Part shown: positions 1 through 16,039 of the stretch, piece after piece
Layout: every line of letters begins with the position of its first letter
Position numbering within the stretch: position 1 is the first letter of the stretch
From: Chara braunii
Taxonomy: Eukaryota; Plantae; Charophyceae
Reading direction: 5' to 3'
Assembly (NCBI GenBank): GCA_003427395.1
Contig: BFEA01000032.1
Span: 2,045,264 to 2,109,263 of the forward strand
DNA: 64,000 nucleotides
The notes under the pieces: generated by a model
Told to the model about the DNA's origin: nothing
The model's database searches: none
Seen by the model: only the letters and a program-made list of their open reading frames with translations
Position numbers and translations under genes: made by a program

Positions 1-1658
1 TAGAGTGCACATCAAGAATCGCAGAATCCAAACAAAATATTGAATGTAAGCGAACCTTAGTAATAATGTCTCTCCCCGGTTCATTCACTGACATGAATTT
101 TCAGAATCCCCGAGCTAGGGCATTCGTATCCACAAACAAATTCGAACACGATTTCATCAACAAATTCGAACAGTAACTTCAACTACAGAGGACGTCATGT
201 GGGTGGAACAGGGGCTGCTGTTGTGGAAATGTATAACTTAAAAGGGTCTTTACCCGATTCAGGGTCTGAATGACGAATTCAGCATTGAGGCATCCTTCGT
301 CTAAAACCGAACTCGTGAAAAGCAAATCAAAAGGCATGTTCTCTGAGTCAAAAGTCACATCCTAACTAAGTAAAAGATAAATGTCAAAGGTCACAGTGTG
401 CCCCTGGACGAGCAGTTGCACCATTCAGATATGGGAGTCACATCTGTTCATCCAGAGGATCCAGAGGATGTGCAAGTCATGTCTGTTCATGCAAGAGATG
501 TGTCTCTTCGTGCAGAATGTGTGTCTGTTCGAGCAATAGATGTGTCTGTCCAAAGGAAGTTAAAAGGATAAAATCCCAGTCACAAATTAATTCAGAAGGA
601 GAGTTTAGATACAGGCTCTAAGTCCAAAAATCAGGCCTGAAGGCCACAGCAGCAGCACACCTTGAAGGAAAAGGTACTGGGGCACACTTCACAGAGGTTG
701 GGACTGGGACAAGACCCAAGACAGGCTGAATTCAGACCTTGCAAGGGGAGGCCAACACTATAAAGGACGAGGCAGCCTCCCCATCAGACAGATTCTTCAG
801 TGGCATTGATGCGTGGAAGTGCTGTAGCACTTGTGTGCTGGCTGGCTGGAGAAGCTACGCTAAGAAGAAGAAGGCTGGGCGCTAGCTTGCAAGAGGCAGT
901 CATAGCTGCACCAACATGTTAGTAGTAGTAGAAGGGTTAGTAAGTAGTCTTCAATGAGTAGCATTCAGAGTAGATTCTCGTAGACAGGGAGTGTGCATAC
1001 ATGTTGAGTGAAGGGAACCAAGACAGAGATTTTGAGAGAAGAGCAAGAGAGAAGAGGCAGGTGAAGATGGTGGATATGGAAGATACTTACCTGTTGGCAC
1101 CACACTTGTGATCTGGGGCAGATGCTGGCTGAGCCAGGCCCTTTGTGTATGGCTGAGCCAGACCTTTTGGATATGGTTGAGCTTGAGATACTATTGTTTA
1201 ACGTGATTTGATAATATAAGTTGCGCTATCTGTTTTTTATTCCATTTTGTCTCAACTTGACTTTGTGTGTGTGAGACACTCAATCTATGTGTGTGTTGAT
1301 ACTTGCGCATGCAAAAAGATACACACCAGCAAGTTGTGGTCAGTCAGGACCCTTGCAAACTCACACAAGAACACACACACACACACACACACACGGAGTT
1401 TTAGGACGACCGGTTTGGTGGGCAAGCAGAACATTATTTACCTCGCTGCATGCTCACATTGCTGAGGGTGGAAGTGCACACACACACACACCTTCTCCAT
1501 AGGCATTCTAGTGATTCTAAATGTGCCCGCAAGTCGTAATGTCGTGCACGCACACTTCGGCCCGAATTATCGAGGATGTCAGCACCTTCATAATGGTTGT
1601 TGGGTATTCGTTTACGTTGAGGTTGTGGTTGAGTCACGGGGTTCGCCTTGAGAGCGTC

Positions 1659-4600
1659 CTACTCCTTCGTTTCCGGGTCTTCAGGTTCGATCCCCTCTTC
1701 CTCGTCATCAACCGCCCTAAGATCCACGACCTCCACCTCCACATTTTTCCTCTGTTCATTGGCGTCCTTCAACTCATCATGCACGGCCTCCTTCTCTTTC
1801 TCCACCTCCTCGTCATCCACCTCCTCTCCTTCCCTCTCCTCTTCATTCTCGCAGTCGTCACTGTCGCTGTTGTCATCCACCTCCTCTCCCTCTCTCTCCA
1901 CAAACATTTGTCTATCCTTGTCGACCTTGTCATCGTCCGAGTCCTTCATGTTTTCCTTATCCCTCTCTTCGTCCTTTTTATCCTGTCTATCCTTGTTGTC
2001 GTTGTCCTCACCTTTGTCATCCCTGTCCTCGTTCGAGTCCTTAATCTGCTCTTTCTTCTCCTCCTCCTCATTTTCGTCATCTCCCCCCCTCTCAGCATTG
2101 TTGTCATCCTTGTCCAACTCCTCACCGTCGTCCCCGTCCATGTCCTCACTCTCGTCCTCGTCATCCCCCTCCTCGCCATCATCTTTGCCCACCCCTTTGT
2201 CTGTCTCGTGTTCCTCTCCATGTACGTTGTCCACGTCGGACAACCCCTCATGCTCATGCGCTTCCGTCAGATATACTTCAAAGCCATCCGCTGCGTGAGA
2301 GTTAAAGACTCCAAGATGATCATGCTCGTCCCCAAAACGCTCGTGAGTATGCATTCGGTTTGAACCGTCGCGAGCAGCCACGGCATTCTCCGCCACGACC
2401 ATGTCACCAGGACGCACTCCACCAGCTGGCCTTGGGGTCCTTCATTTGCGGGGATTATGGCCGGTAAGCCCGCAAACCGAACACTTCTGCTTGTTCGCCC
2501 TTGCTTGGCTGACCCTCCCATTCTCAAGACAACTCTCCATTCGACTCCCATTAGGAGGACGACCTTTTTTACGCTTCGTCGCGGAAGGGAAAACGATCTC
2601 TTCACTGTCCATGGACGTTCTTGTGCTTGCGAAGCACGTCGGAAGGACGACACCCTCATACGACGCTCGTAAGGCGCTCGTGGTGTAAAGGCGTCCACAT
2701 ACCACGCTATATCCTCGTTTCGTTCCGCGATGGATGCTGCAGCATGAGTGCATGAACGGCGTCTGTCCTCCCAAAAGCGACACGTGCACAAGACTTTGCC
2801 ATCAAGGAATTCCACCCACCACGATTGATGTCGTTTGTGCGCATTTGTCCACATGATCTCATATACATCTTGTGATGCCTTTCGGACATCATACTTCCTC
2901 GCCAACTCCATAGTCTCTCTTAAGATCTTTTCCACAAGCGAAGGGAATCTGCCCCTCTCTGCAGCACCCCTCTCTCTCCTCTCTGTATGCCAAGTCTGCA
3001 CAATTCCCCTGTACCCCTCGAGCATTGGTATTTGAGGCTTTCCACGAACCTCCAACATTTTGTTGTTCATGGACTCGGCTACGGACGATGTCACTTTACC
3101 GTACCTTGGATGGACGAAATATGGGCCTCCTCAATGCCTTTTGTCCACTTTGTCAAGGATTTGGTCGACAATGTTGTTGTGCCTCGAATATCCAGCGAGC
3201 CGCTGCATGTAGTAATTGAAAACCTCCTCGCAAGTCGCCCTCGCCGCTTCAAGGAGCATCGTTGCATGTTCCTTTTTCAGCCTCAAGCTCTTCAGGAGGT
3301 TCCTACTGACATGGCGGACACAGTATGTGTGCCGCTCATCCCCAAACTCCTCACTCACCGCCTGTATGAGCCCTTTGTCCCGGTCTGACATTATTGTCAC
3401 GATTTTGTGGTCCATCTTCGCTACAGCGCACAAGCGCTTGAGGAGGACGAGAAAGCACTTCCAATGCATCTTCCTCTCATCATCCACAATCGTATACGCC
3501 AGGGGGAAACATTGGTCATTTGCATCTCGACCAGTGATGCCGAGAAGACATCCCTTGTATTTCCCTCTGACGTGTGCCTCGTCGAGCACAATCAAAGGTC
3601 TACAATGTGCAAATCCACTTACAGAGGAGGCCAACGAGAAAAACATGCGAACGAAGACATTGCCCTCGCACTCAAGGTCGATAATGGAGCCAGGGTTTGT
3701 TTCATGCAACACCCTGCAATACCTTCGCAAGTCGCTGAACCCCTCCTCCGGAGCCCCATTCAGTGTCCGAAGCACAGACGTCCTCGCTCGCAAACACTTG
3801 ATGTAGCTGACGCGGGTCTTCACTGCCTTGTCAAACCATTTCTTCAACTTTGCAGAAGTCGTTTCTCTGTCCTCTCGCAACTTTTTCTCAACCATAAGCT
3901 TCACCCACCTTAGCTTCGCGTGTTTGTTGCGTTTCAGGCCAGGCTGGACTGGTTTTCTACAACCAGGGCGATGCGGAGTCAGACGAACAATCTCCGTGTG
4001 TCCATTAGCATGTGCTGCTTTGGCCTCCAATGACCATGGGCAATCTGGGTGAGCACATGTGACATAGTACCTCGTCTTGTTCGATCTCTTGATGCGGAAC
4101 TCAAAACCAGATGCCACAGCGCAGAGCACTACCGCATCACGCAACGCATCCATAGACTCATAACGACCTCCAACTTCCAACGGTTGGAAATCCCCCGTGA
4201 GTGCTTGTTGTGTGGGAGGTGTAGTCCGCATCGCATCATCTGGATTGGTCAGATCATCGCCTGATGAGAACGCCTCACGGTCAGAGGATCCATAAGCTGG
4301 TTGCTTTTCTGTGTGTCTCCGCTTCTGACCGCGCCTGTCGTGTGCGGGGAACGCCGTTGACGGTCCGCTGTCTGAAAGCTCTGGAGGCCATTGTGATCTC
4401 TGTCCAATGAATGTCGCATCCCTGAAGGTCATATACCTGCGCAGTGAGGCTATCTCGACGTGTTTGTCGTCGCATGTGTCACCCGACGGTCCAATGTCGC
4501 AGTCGTGGCTACCGTCCGCTGGGATATCTCCCAATGGCAAGTCCGACGCACATGGCGTGCGGGAGCCGATGGTATCAATTGTTGCACTTTCTACATGTTC

Positions 4601-5443
4601 ACGCATTCCACGCGGCGTATCCAAAGGCGTTGTGACGGTGGTCCTCAATCCATGTGATGCTGTGTTGTCCAACGGAAGTAAGGTGTCCAGATGGACGGGA
4701 GTGCTTGTGTCTCACTCGTGCGTTTGTCGAGTGGAATCTGCAAGGGCCTCGCCACGCCACGGGGCAACGGTGGTGGGCGTTCTCAGAGGTGCCCATGGAA
4801 CTGGAGGACTGTCGTAATTAAACTGTGTGGATGGTGGAGTAACAACAGAATCGTGATTCAGATGGTCAAGTGAACGGGAAGGATACGTGTGATGAAGACG
4901 AAGTGATAGGGATGGACAGGGGTGATGAGGTTGGCTCGACGACAATCCATGCATCATCTTGTGCGTTGGATAAACGTGATGTGTCATTGGGAGAGAAGTG
5001 GCACGTGTGTTCGGTGTTGTGCCTGCATAATATGGACCCGAAGCATGCACCACGTGTGGATCACCATGGTTTCCCCCATAGGCATATGCAGAGCCAGGAA
5101 TGCCAGGAAACATGTAGGCTGGGAAGTGCAAGGGGAGCATGTGGGTTGGATGATAGAGAATGGTGGGGGTGTTAGGAATTGTCGAGAACGGTGAAGCAAC
5201 ACACTGAGAATACTCCACACCCCATGGAAAGTGTGAAATTTGTGGTCTCGGTGGAGTCACGGGAGTACGCATCGCATGAAAAGAGGAATGGGGACCGTGG
5301 AGAGGGTTTGAGGGACCCATGACATGCGATGAAGAAAATGCAGGTTCACTCACGGAACCCGACAAATGCACAGCCCCAGAGGAGTTTCGCCTGGTATGCT
5401 CCCCAGGTTCTGACCAGTGGGCATCACCATTCGACTCAGGCAT
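1659..5443 (-). pseudogene. Disrupted MuDR/Mutator-like (MULE) transposase with long acidic C-terminal tail
   Basis: ORFs 4712-5518, 3131-4672 and 2267-3094 share one frame, split by TGAs at 4712 and 3131. A 1-bp frameshift at ~2688 leads into 2442-2789 and, past TGA 2442, into 1659-2417. Contains the MuDR N-domain (GFEFRIKRSNKTRYYVTC..CPW), MULE DDE (LDEAH.RGKYKG, MSDRDKGL, CVRH, AESMN), SWIM (CTCRFW...CTHA) and a Zn knuckle (CSVCGLTGHN). Confidence 0.9.
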
Positions 5444-5729
5444 TATAGCCCTTGTGGATTGGGATACACTGTGCACAGTGCACAACACACACAAGGACAA
5501 AAGACAAAGAAACACCAAGAGTCAGGACACAACAATCGTCAACAATTCCCACCATAAACTTCGGCGACCTCCAATAGCACATAATCAAGACAGAACAACA
5601 CACACGTCGTTTGCTACTTTGCCTGCTTCAGACTTGCAATCCGAATTTCGTAAGTCCCCTGGCCTCCGCCCGGTCCCTCACTACTCCTAACTCACTCTTA
5701 CATGATGCGCTTGCATACGAGGGCAACAA

Positions 5730-5988
5730 TCCAAGCCCCGCATCTTTGAAGCTAAAAGCCTGAATTCCAGGCGAAAAGCCTGAATTTCAGGCTGGAAGCC
5801 TGAAAGTAAGGGCCCACAAGGCCCGTGTCTGTTCAGCTCGAAAGTCTGAAAATAGACCCCTACAGGCCCTGTTTTCATTTCAGCCAAAAAAGGGAAGGGT
5901 CATTTTTTTGTCGTCACCAGATCTGCCTGCCCTGAAACCTAGGCATCAGACCAGGGGTTTAGGCACAGACTATTTTTGGCCTATTCCC
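5730..5988. mobile_element. Probable terminal region/TIR of the MULE element
   Basis: Repeated AAGCCTGAA motifs; ends in ...GGCCTATTCCC (reverse complement begins GGGAA, MULE-TIR-like). No partner TIR found in the window. Confidence 0.4.
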
Positions 5989-6399
5989 AAAACAACCCCT
6001 GGTTGAGCTGCAGAGACGAAGTCTGGCACGTTTTGGCATGGCCAAGAGCAGCCTCCTGGACGAGCCAACACTATATAAGACTGCCTCACCTTTCGTGGTT
6101 GGCAGGTAGTTCACAGGGGTATTCTCGTGCAGCTCAGGAGGCGGCAGTAGTCTTCAGGATTCGGTAGCAGCACTTTGGAGGAGCGCAGCAGGAGTAGCGT
6201 TAGTTGGAGTCTTCAGCGTCGGGCGCTAGTAGTAGCGCTAAAGTTCTGCAGATGACAGGGGGTTGGCAAGGCCAGGGAAACTTACCTGAGGCACCATAGC
6301 TCCAACTTCATCTTCGAGGTACGTGCAACAAGGCGCCAACTTCACAGGGTGACTTACCTGTGCTGTCATAGCTCCAGCTCCATCCTCGAGGCACCTGCA

Positions 6400-6432
6400 G
6401 CAAGGCGCCAACTTCAAAGGTCGGTACTGGAC

Positions 6433-6478
<46 letters not shown>

Positions 6479-7682
6479 TTTCCTCCTCTTCTAAGTCCAC
6501 CAACTCTTCCTCACCATCTCACTACCTGACTTTTTAGCATCTGCAGACTACGAGGGAGAGATATTTGTGACTTTGGGACTTTACGACATTTGGATCCGGA
6601 CTCGACATTGGGATTCAGACATGTGACGAGGGACTATTTGGGACTTGTAACGAAGACTTGGTCTTGGCGACATTCCCATCTCCCCTCATCTTCTTCGTCT
6701 GACCCCCCTCCTCTTCGTGTGTGTATGGTCTGTACCTCGCGCATTCATCTGTTTGCAGCTCCAATCCACTCACACCCTGCAACGATGATGATGTACGTTG
6801 GGTCTGTATTACGACATTGATTGGGTTGATAATTGATATGTTAGCATTCTGCTTCGCTATATTAACTTTGTGAAGGAGGTCGGTCCTTGCTCTGTTTTGC
6901 ACCATTATGGTATTCCACAGTTCGGCATCTCATTTTGCAGTGTTAATGAAATCTCCACAAGCAATGTTCGTCCTGATTCTAGCAAAATAGTACTTCATAG
7001 CACAGCGAGAGACTTGAGCATGAATCCCGACTTGACTGGGACTGATATGACATCGCATGATACTTCACAGTGTTCATACCTACCTCCTCTGACAGGTGTG
7101 AAGTATCATGAGATGTCATGTCAGTCCCAATCAAGTCGGGATTCACGCCCAAGTCTCTCGCTGTGCTACGAAGTACCATTGTGCTGCTACCAGGACGAAC
7201 ATTATTTGTGGAAATGTCATTAACACTGCATTGTCCTTCGAGTCCTTTTCATCACAATGCGGATCCTTGGCTTCCCTTACATTGCCCAACTGGGTATGTA
7301 ACACTCACACTGCAGCTGGGTTGCGGCCCAGAATCGCCCACTCGCCTTGCTGATGCAACGACAAACTACGCGCCCAGCACTGTAAACGAACACACTAAAA
7401 GCATCAGCGCGTCGAGTAATGCTGCGTATAGAACGACCTGCTCAACTGTGGGGCCCGTGTAGGAGCCGTGCATGCAACATAGCTGCGTATAGAACGACCT
7501 GCTGCCTATGGTTGGTTGAGGCGAGGGAGACTCACTTGTGGCCCCACAGCTCCAGCTTCGTCTTCGATGCACCTGCAGCAAGGGAACACCTTCATAGTTT
7601 GGTACTTGGCACAAGAGAGCAAGCGAGAGTTCTTCTTCTTCCTCCTCTAAGTCCACCATCTTTCCCTTCTCGTATCTGCAGA

Positions 7683-7761
<79 letters not shown>

Positions 7762-7985
7762 CTTTGGGACTTGACGACATTTGGATTCAGACTCGACATT
7801 GGGGACTGGCGCATTCTTCTTGTGTGAGTGTCAGGCCCCTGCACACCTTGTGACGAGGATGATGTACGTTCGGTCTGCATTGCGACATTGCTTGGTCTGA
7901 TCATTGGTATATTAGCCTTCCGCTGCGCTATCCTGTACTATGTGACAGAGGTCGGTTGTTGTTCTGGTATGCACCATTACGGAAT
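6400..7985 (+). repeat. Two diverged direct copies (~6400-6910 and ~7560-7985) of a (GA)n-containing, possibly LTR-like segment
   Basis: Shared ATTTGTGACTTTGGGACTT.ACGACATTTGGAT...GACTCGACATTGGG, GATGATGTACGTT.GGTCTG and GCACCATTA.GG. Confidence 0.7.
6936..7230. repeat. Long inverted repeat (arms ~6936-7069 and 7097-7230, 27-nt loop); MITE-like or hairpin-RNA-like
   Basis: Inner arm 6990-7069 is the reverse complement of 7097-7176 with about 6 mismatches; pairing extends outward to TGCAGTGTTAATG / CATTAACACTGCA. Confidence 0.9.
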
Positions 7986-9211
7986 GCAACATGACAACAG
8001 CAGGAGCACTGCAGCTATCGGTGCAAGCGCAGGTGATGAAGAGCCTTGCCATGCAGTGGCTGCTGCAGGTGATGAGCCGCAACAACCGGTTGCAAGTGAT
8101 GAGCTGCAACGGCTGGTGCAGGTGATAACCTGCAACGGCCAGTACCGACGTGGCATTCCGGTGTTGTGGCACCCTGCTTACGTGGTACCGTGCTGACATG
8201 CCACACCTTGCTTACCTCGCACTCTGCTTATGTGCCAGTGTTGCTGAAGGGTGATTTGAAAACAGTTTGACCTGCTTTGCAGACGACAGTGCGAACTTCA
8301 CACGAGGCAACGGAGCAATGAACCGCCTTCACCTGCACAACGGCAAACCACGGGCAACGGAAACGGGTGTCACACCGATCCTAATGTTACAGAGCAAAAT
8401 GCACAAGAAACAGAATGCTAGCCAAATACAATTAAAATGAAAATGACTGCATAGTTGTATGAACATAAGAAGAATGGGGGAAGAAGAAAAGTAGTGTGAG
8501 ATGCAAGTAAAACGCAAACTGACACGCATGAAGAAATGTTCGTCATATAGCCAGACAGGAACGGCCAAACAGGAATTGGGCCAGGTTTGAAGGTAGACCA
8601 TTCTCTGATGTGAAGATTAAGGATGGTATTGAAAAGGGTCTGAAACTGGCAATCTGCCAATCTGGGCCGACTGTCAGAGGAGAGCCAAAAAAGGAAAGGC
8701 CCCAACGTGGAATCTGCAGTGGTCTCTGCGAACATGGACCAGAGGCAACCAACTCGCACGGGTAAGCAGTGCTAGAGGTTTGGTGATCTCAGAGTGGCTG
8801 AGTAGCTAAATACCAGGTAGTTATAGTGGGGTACTGGTGACTGCTGGGAAGAACCAGGGTATGTCGGTTGTAGATTGGGACTACAGGAGGTGAGAAAGGG
8901 GTGGAGGGTGGGAGAGTGTCAGGTGACACGGGACACAGGGGTTCCAACTGGTCGTATGAGGTTGGTGCCAGGCCATGTAGGCTTGTGAAACAGGACAGGT
9001 TAGGTAGGGTTGGATAAGTAGGGTAGATTCCGTAGCTAGGTTAGATAGGGAGGATAGTCCGGATGAAGGTAAAGGAGCTTAAAAGCCTCACAGAGCTTTA
9101 GTTAGATGAAACATTATCGTCTCAGTGTATGATCAGGGAATGTCGAATTGACATTGTTGTTCAATGAAAGTCTCAACCTTGAGGGCCGCAATTGAAAGCG
9201 GTTGATGCTGT

Positions 9212-9323
9212 TGGGATAACTCCGGGTTGAATTGTGAGTTCCCATAGCCGCTGGGATAACTCCGGGTTGAATTGTGAGTTCCCACAGCCGCTGGGATAAC
9301 TTCGGGTTGAATTGTGAGTTCCC
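9212..9323 (+). repeat. 40-bp tandem minisatellite, ~3 copies
   Basis: TGGGATAACTCCGGGTTGAATTGTGAGTTCCC at 9212, 9252 and 9292. Confidence 0.95.
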
Positions 9324-10964
9324 CGACCTCCTGATAATCATGTTCTTTGAGAAACAAGTGAATGTGTTAAAAAAAAAAAAACAAAAAAAAAACTGCGTGT
9401 ACGACTTAGGGTCTCGCCACCTCACTGTAGAAACGAAAAACGTTCAATGCAGAGGATCATTGTTTTATAAAAAGATATGAAGTTGAAAAAATTAAAATAA
9501 AACAATGTCAGTCAGATGGGGGGCGGCAGGTTAAAGCATCATTTACCTCGTTTGTCTGCTCTTGTTCCGTTAATGTGAGTCACGAGGGCATGACACCTGG
9601 CACATGCTGGTTGCGTGTATGTTACCCATGACACCATGCCTCCAACTTTTTTTTTTTTTTTTTACCCATGACACCATGCCTCCAATTAAAAAAAAAAAAA
9701 AAAATCTCAAACAGAGGAGAAATTAAAAAAAAAAGCTTGACAAAAGATGAAGGGAGGAATAATAAAAAAAACGTTGCAATGATATTGAAGTAAAAAAAAT
9801 AAAAAATAAAAAATAAAAAGAAACCCAAGTATACCTGACACGTGGGGTATTCTGGTTGGATGTATTTCATCCATGGACCATGAGACCATTACGACTCTAA
9901 GGAATTATCCATAAGTTCAAACAAAGAGTAGGAAAAAAAAAAAACAAAAAAAAAAACCTTTTTTATATATTTTTTTGTTTTTGGTTTCCCTGCCCCCCCA
10001 AGCAGGTATTTGAATCGGTTGGGCTGAAAAGAAGTAGCCTTAAAAAAAAAAAAAAAAAAAAATTCGCCAAGAGTTCAACGAAAAATGTGAAAGAAAATTC
10101 GAAGATTGCTGCAATATACAATGTTGAAGTACAAAGGTCGCCTTTTTTCTCGTTCCCATTTTTTTTGCCCCCTAACAATTTGCATGTCTGGTACATGGGA
10201 TCCGGTCCTTTGCGGTGTTTTCCTTTGAACACAACGAACCCTCATCAATAACATATGCAAGCTATCTTTCTGGTCCGATACATTTGTGATAATTATGCAT
10301 TCATGTGATTGTGCTAGGGGAAGGGGTGTACTTCTATCCTTTGAGATATAAAACGGCTTTATTTTTATTTTTTTATTTTTTTTATACTGACTTATTTATT
10401 TATGTATGCACTTATTTATTTCAAATCATTGCAAGGCTGACAAGGACTATAAATTTATAAAACTACTACGTGGTCCATCGGGCCACATGATATGAAGTTA
10501 AATTTTCAGGGCCACGGAGGGGTGACAGGGCTAGGCTTGCCTGGCCGAACCTTCCATAACAAGAAAAAAAAAAAAAAAAAAAACCACCACCACCTTTCGT
10601 AGGCCAACGTTTCTACAACGGTCAAGTAGTGCATTTTTTTTATTTATTATTATTTTTATTTTATTTTTTTCCGCACGAACAGTGCTACGAGATTAAAATG
10701 GCGCGCATCCGTGGAAGCTCAGTTTCGGGCACTGTATCTTATCACGATTAGGGAATTCACGTTCAAAGTTCAGTCAAGTGCCATTTTTTTTTTTTTTCCG
10801 CTTTCGGAGACAACATAGGCACACTCCCACCCTTGCTTCGTATCTATCTCTCCCCATCTCTCCCCCTCTCTCCCTATCCTCTCTCCACGATGGCACACAC
10901 ATGGCATGCACCCACAGACACACGTACACATCGGAACACTCCTTAGTCAAAGAAAGGTATCATT

Positions 10965-11009
<45 letters not shown>

Positions 11010-11069
11010 TTGAAGCGCCAATACCATACACATCGGAACACTCCTTAGTCACTAGACTCCTGCCCCAAA

Positions 11070-11264
11070 ACTTTCCCCTATGTTTCCCCGATCTTTCCCC
11101 GACCTTTTCGTGACCTCTCCCCGACCTTTCCCCTATCTTTCCCCGAGCTTTTCCTGACCTTTCCCCGACGTTTCCCCGATCTTTCCCCGACCTTTTCCTG
11201 ACTTTTGCTCGACCTTTCCCCGACCTTTCCCCGATCTTTTCCTGACCTTTCCCCGACCTTCCCT
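11070..11264 (+). repeat. Degenerate 11-bp minisatellite (GACCTTTCCCC)n
   Basis: About 17-18 imperfect units. Confidence 0.85.
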
Positions 11265-12420
11265 TCTTTTTTTTTTTCTTTTTTTTTTCCATTTATGTTT
11301 GGTTTAGATTTCGCACAAGCATATTGCAAGGAAAATACTTACAAGAAAGAGCTCTAGACAAACTAGCAGACCGCTACATGCTGTACAAGAAAGGAGGGAC
11401 GAGTTTGGGAAAGAAAGACAAGGCCTCTAATACGCGCTGTCGTCACCACAACGAAAGTGGAATTAAGAAAGATAAACTTTCAGCCCCACGCTCTCTGAAA
11501 ACCCACTCTTGTTCTCCACGAGAGGCGACGGTGTGCTCGACATACAACAGATTTCGCATCTGCAGCTGGTTTCGAAAACGCAGCATACCAAACATCAACA
11601 TCAGTACATTGTGATCAATGAACAGAAAAAAAATAAAAAAGATTGAGACGATCGGAGAGAAAAGGTATGAAGAAACACATCCTGTAAGAAGACCACTCAC
11701 CGAAACTCGTGCCTGTGACAATTGTCCACATCTCCAAAACCTGGGCATACAAATCAGGAGTCGTCTACGCCTTGCAAGATGAAGGTACTGTCTTAGGGCA
11801 AAGGAGGGAGAACGGAAAACGACGGGAACAACGAACCTGATAACCTATCAAGCTGAACGAGAGACGGGAAAGCAGATTGAAAGCGAACATACCCAACGAT
11901 TGTTGGAGGCATTTCCTGTCTGGACAGGGTAATTCTAAACCGGGCGATATTTTTCACTCTTTTCGTAATTCACGAAATAAGACACATTAAAGAAACCTAA
12001 AAGCCAGAATAAGAGTCAGTAGCAAAGAAGGGAAACTTGCAAACAGAAACCGAAACGGAAGGAGGTGTTAGGGTTTGAAAAGGAACAAGCATACGTTCCC
12101 CGCAGCTCTTCGTTGCATGACTTTGTACAACCCTGCTCCATCCTCAACAATACATCATTCGAAAACACTGGAGCAAAAAAAGGTAACAAAGTTCAATCAT
12201 CACATTGAACCCTTCTGCCACTTGCTCCAGCCGGCAGAAATGGTTAAAAATCATCCATTCCGTGTTCCTTCAATCGGAACACCACTGGCCGTGCAGAGCC
12301 CTGCCCTTCCGTAACCTCTTCTTCTACCTGCCCTGCTCCTCGCCTGTCCGACGCACAATTCCATTCGCTATATTGCATCAATAGACATGCAGCCCTCGAC
12401 AAAAGCTATACCTCTAACAT

Positions 12421-12471
<51 letters not shown>

Positions 12472-12480
12472 ATCGGTCTG

Positions 12481-12564
<84 letters not shown>

Positions 12565-12954
12565 CGCGCTCCTGTTCCCTCCGTAGCCCCCCCCCCCTTC
12601 GATCTCGCAAGCCCGCCATTCTGTACGTCGCTCCCCCTGTTTCTCGCGCGACATTCTTCTCCACTTCCGCTTGCCCGCTCTCTTGTCCCTTGTGCGCACC
12701 TGAAACGCACATTACGAACAACACACATTCCACATCCATCTCTACTCCATTGTAGCATTAGGTAAGGATACGAGAGGCCTGCGCGCACCCGCCAACATCG
12801 ATAAGTAACCTCTTCTTCCGCATACCCAATCCACATGCTTGTACAACTAAACTTAACTCCAGTCTACAACAGCGAAGTCACATTCCCCGCTGACATCGAA
12901 GTAAAAGCTCGCTCATACTAAAGCTATCTATCTACTTAATGAAAATTCATTTTC

Positions 12955-14995
<2,041 letters not shown>

Positions 14996-15505
14996 CCAAA
15001 CTTCGCGGTTTCAAAATTCGCACCCATAAGGCACAACAGTCCGAGGCAGACCCTGGACCACAGGCCTTGTGCCAAAGGCTCTACCGGACCCTCTGACGTG
15101 GCTGACTGGACTGCAGTTACAAACTCCGCGGTGCGACATTTCCAGCAAGCGGATTTTTGACTGCGTTTTAAACTTCGCGACCGACTAGACTGCAGAAACG
15201 GTGTTTCGAATGCATTTTCAAACTAAAACCATGACAGCGCCCTAGTTTTCTCATTATTGATTGATTGGGGTGGGGTCCCCTACCCCAACAAGCCCCCCCT
15301 GCCCCCAGCCAATCAATCACTCAATCAATCAATGTCCTGCTTTTTTTTTTCCTTTGACTTTTTTTTTTAAATATTATTGGTTGATTGATTGATTGATGGG
15401 GGAGATCCCCCCCCCCCGTACACACACGCACACACACACACACATAGCACAGGGGGGAGGAGGGTTCACGAGGGGTGGATGACCCTCCCCTACCCTAAGT
15501 GCGCC

Positions 15506-15592
15506 GGAGGCGGTTATGGGTTTCGAACCCACACTTTTCTGAATGCCACCTGGGTGCCTAACCAACTGGGCTACCTTGGCAGGCCGCTGGAT
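15506..15592 (-). mobile_element. tRNA-derived SINE-like head
   Basis: A-box TAGCCCAGTTGG, GTGGCATTCAG, B-box GGTTCGAAACC; homologous to 39333 and 42845. Confidence 0.6.
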
Positions 15593-16039
15593 TCAGTGGG
15601 CTGTATCGCGGTAGCCTTTTTTAAATATTTTATATAGGTTTTATCATACCAGCCGGGAAACCGGCCCTCACGAAAGGAAGACGAGTCTTTGGTAGGGTCG
15701 AGTCACTCGGGGCAGGTTCAAACGCGGGATCGTTTCCGCCACTGGAATGGCACCTGCCTACAACGATACCAGACCCAACGCCACCCCGGACGACCAAGCC
15801 ACACACTCCCGCCGCGGACGCGACTGGTGCCGACAGTGCGTGTTTAGGCGGCGCCACAGGGGACTGTGCGATTCCCACGAATCGATGGTCCCTGGAGGGC
15901 CGCCATCAATCGCATGGCAGTAGCCAACTACCACGAAAACGCGCAGTGGGACCGAGCGCCGGGATGGCGGCAGATGGTAGTGCTCTTCGCTCGTACCCGA
16001 AGAGAACTGGGCAGAACGCATCAACATGTCCTTTCTTCT

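Noticed and set aside
1-1500. LTR of a retrotransposon
   Set aside because: Has a TATA-like motif and repeat-like texture, but no TG...CA boundaries, PBS/PPT or partner copy could be fixed.
1521-2363. Hydrophobic 280-aa and Ser-rich 216-aa + strand ORFs
   Set aside because: Antisense shadows of the acidic transposase tail.
4261-4290. Other CTGATGA hits (4261+, ~54623-) as hammerheads
   Set aside because: No downstream stem II-GAAA or pairing stems.
2442-4714. Stop-codon recoding: all three internal stops in the transposase are TGA, two at expected Trp and Cys positions
   Set aside because: A frameshift at ~2688 shows ordinary decay, and the stops replace different amino acids.
15200-15246. 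Helitron 3' end (CTAG|T)
   Set aside because: No convincing subterminal hairpin and no defined 5' TC end.
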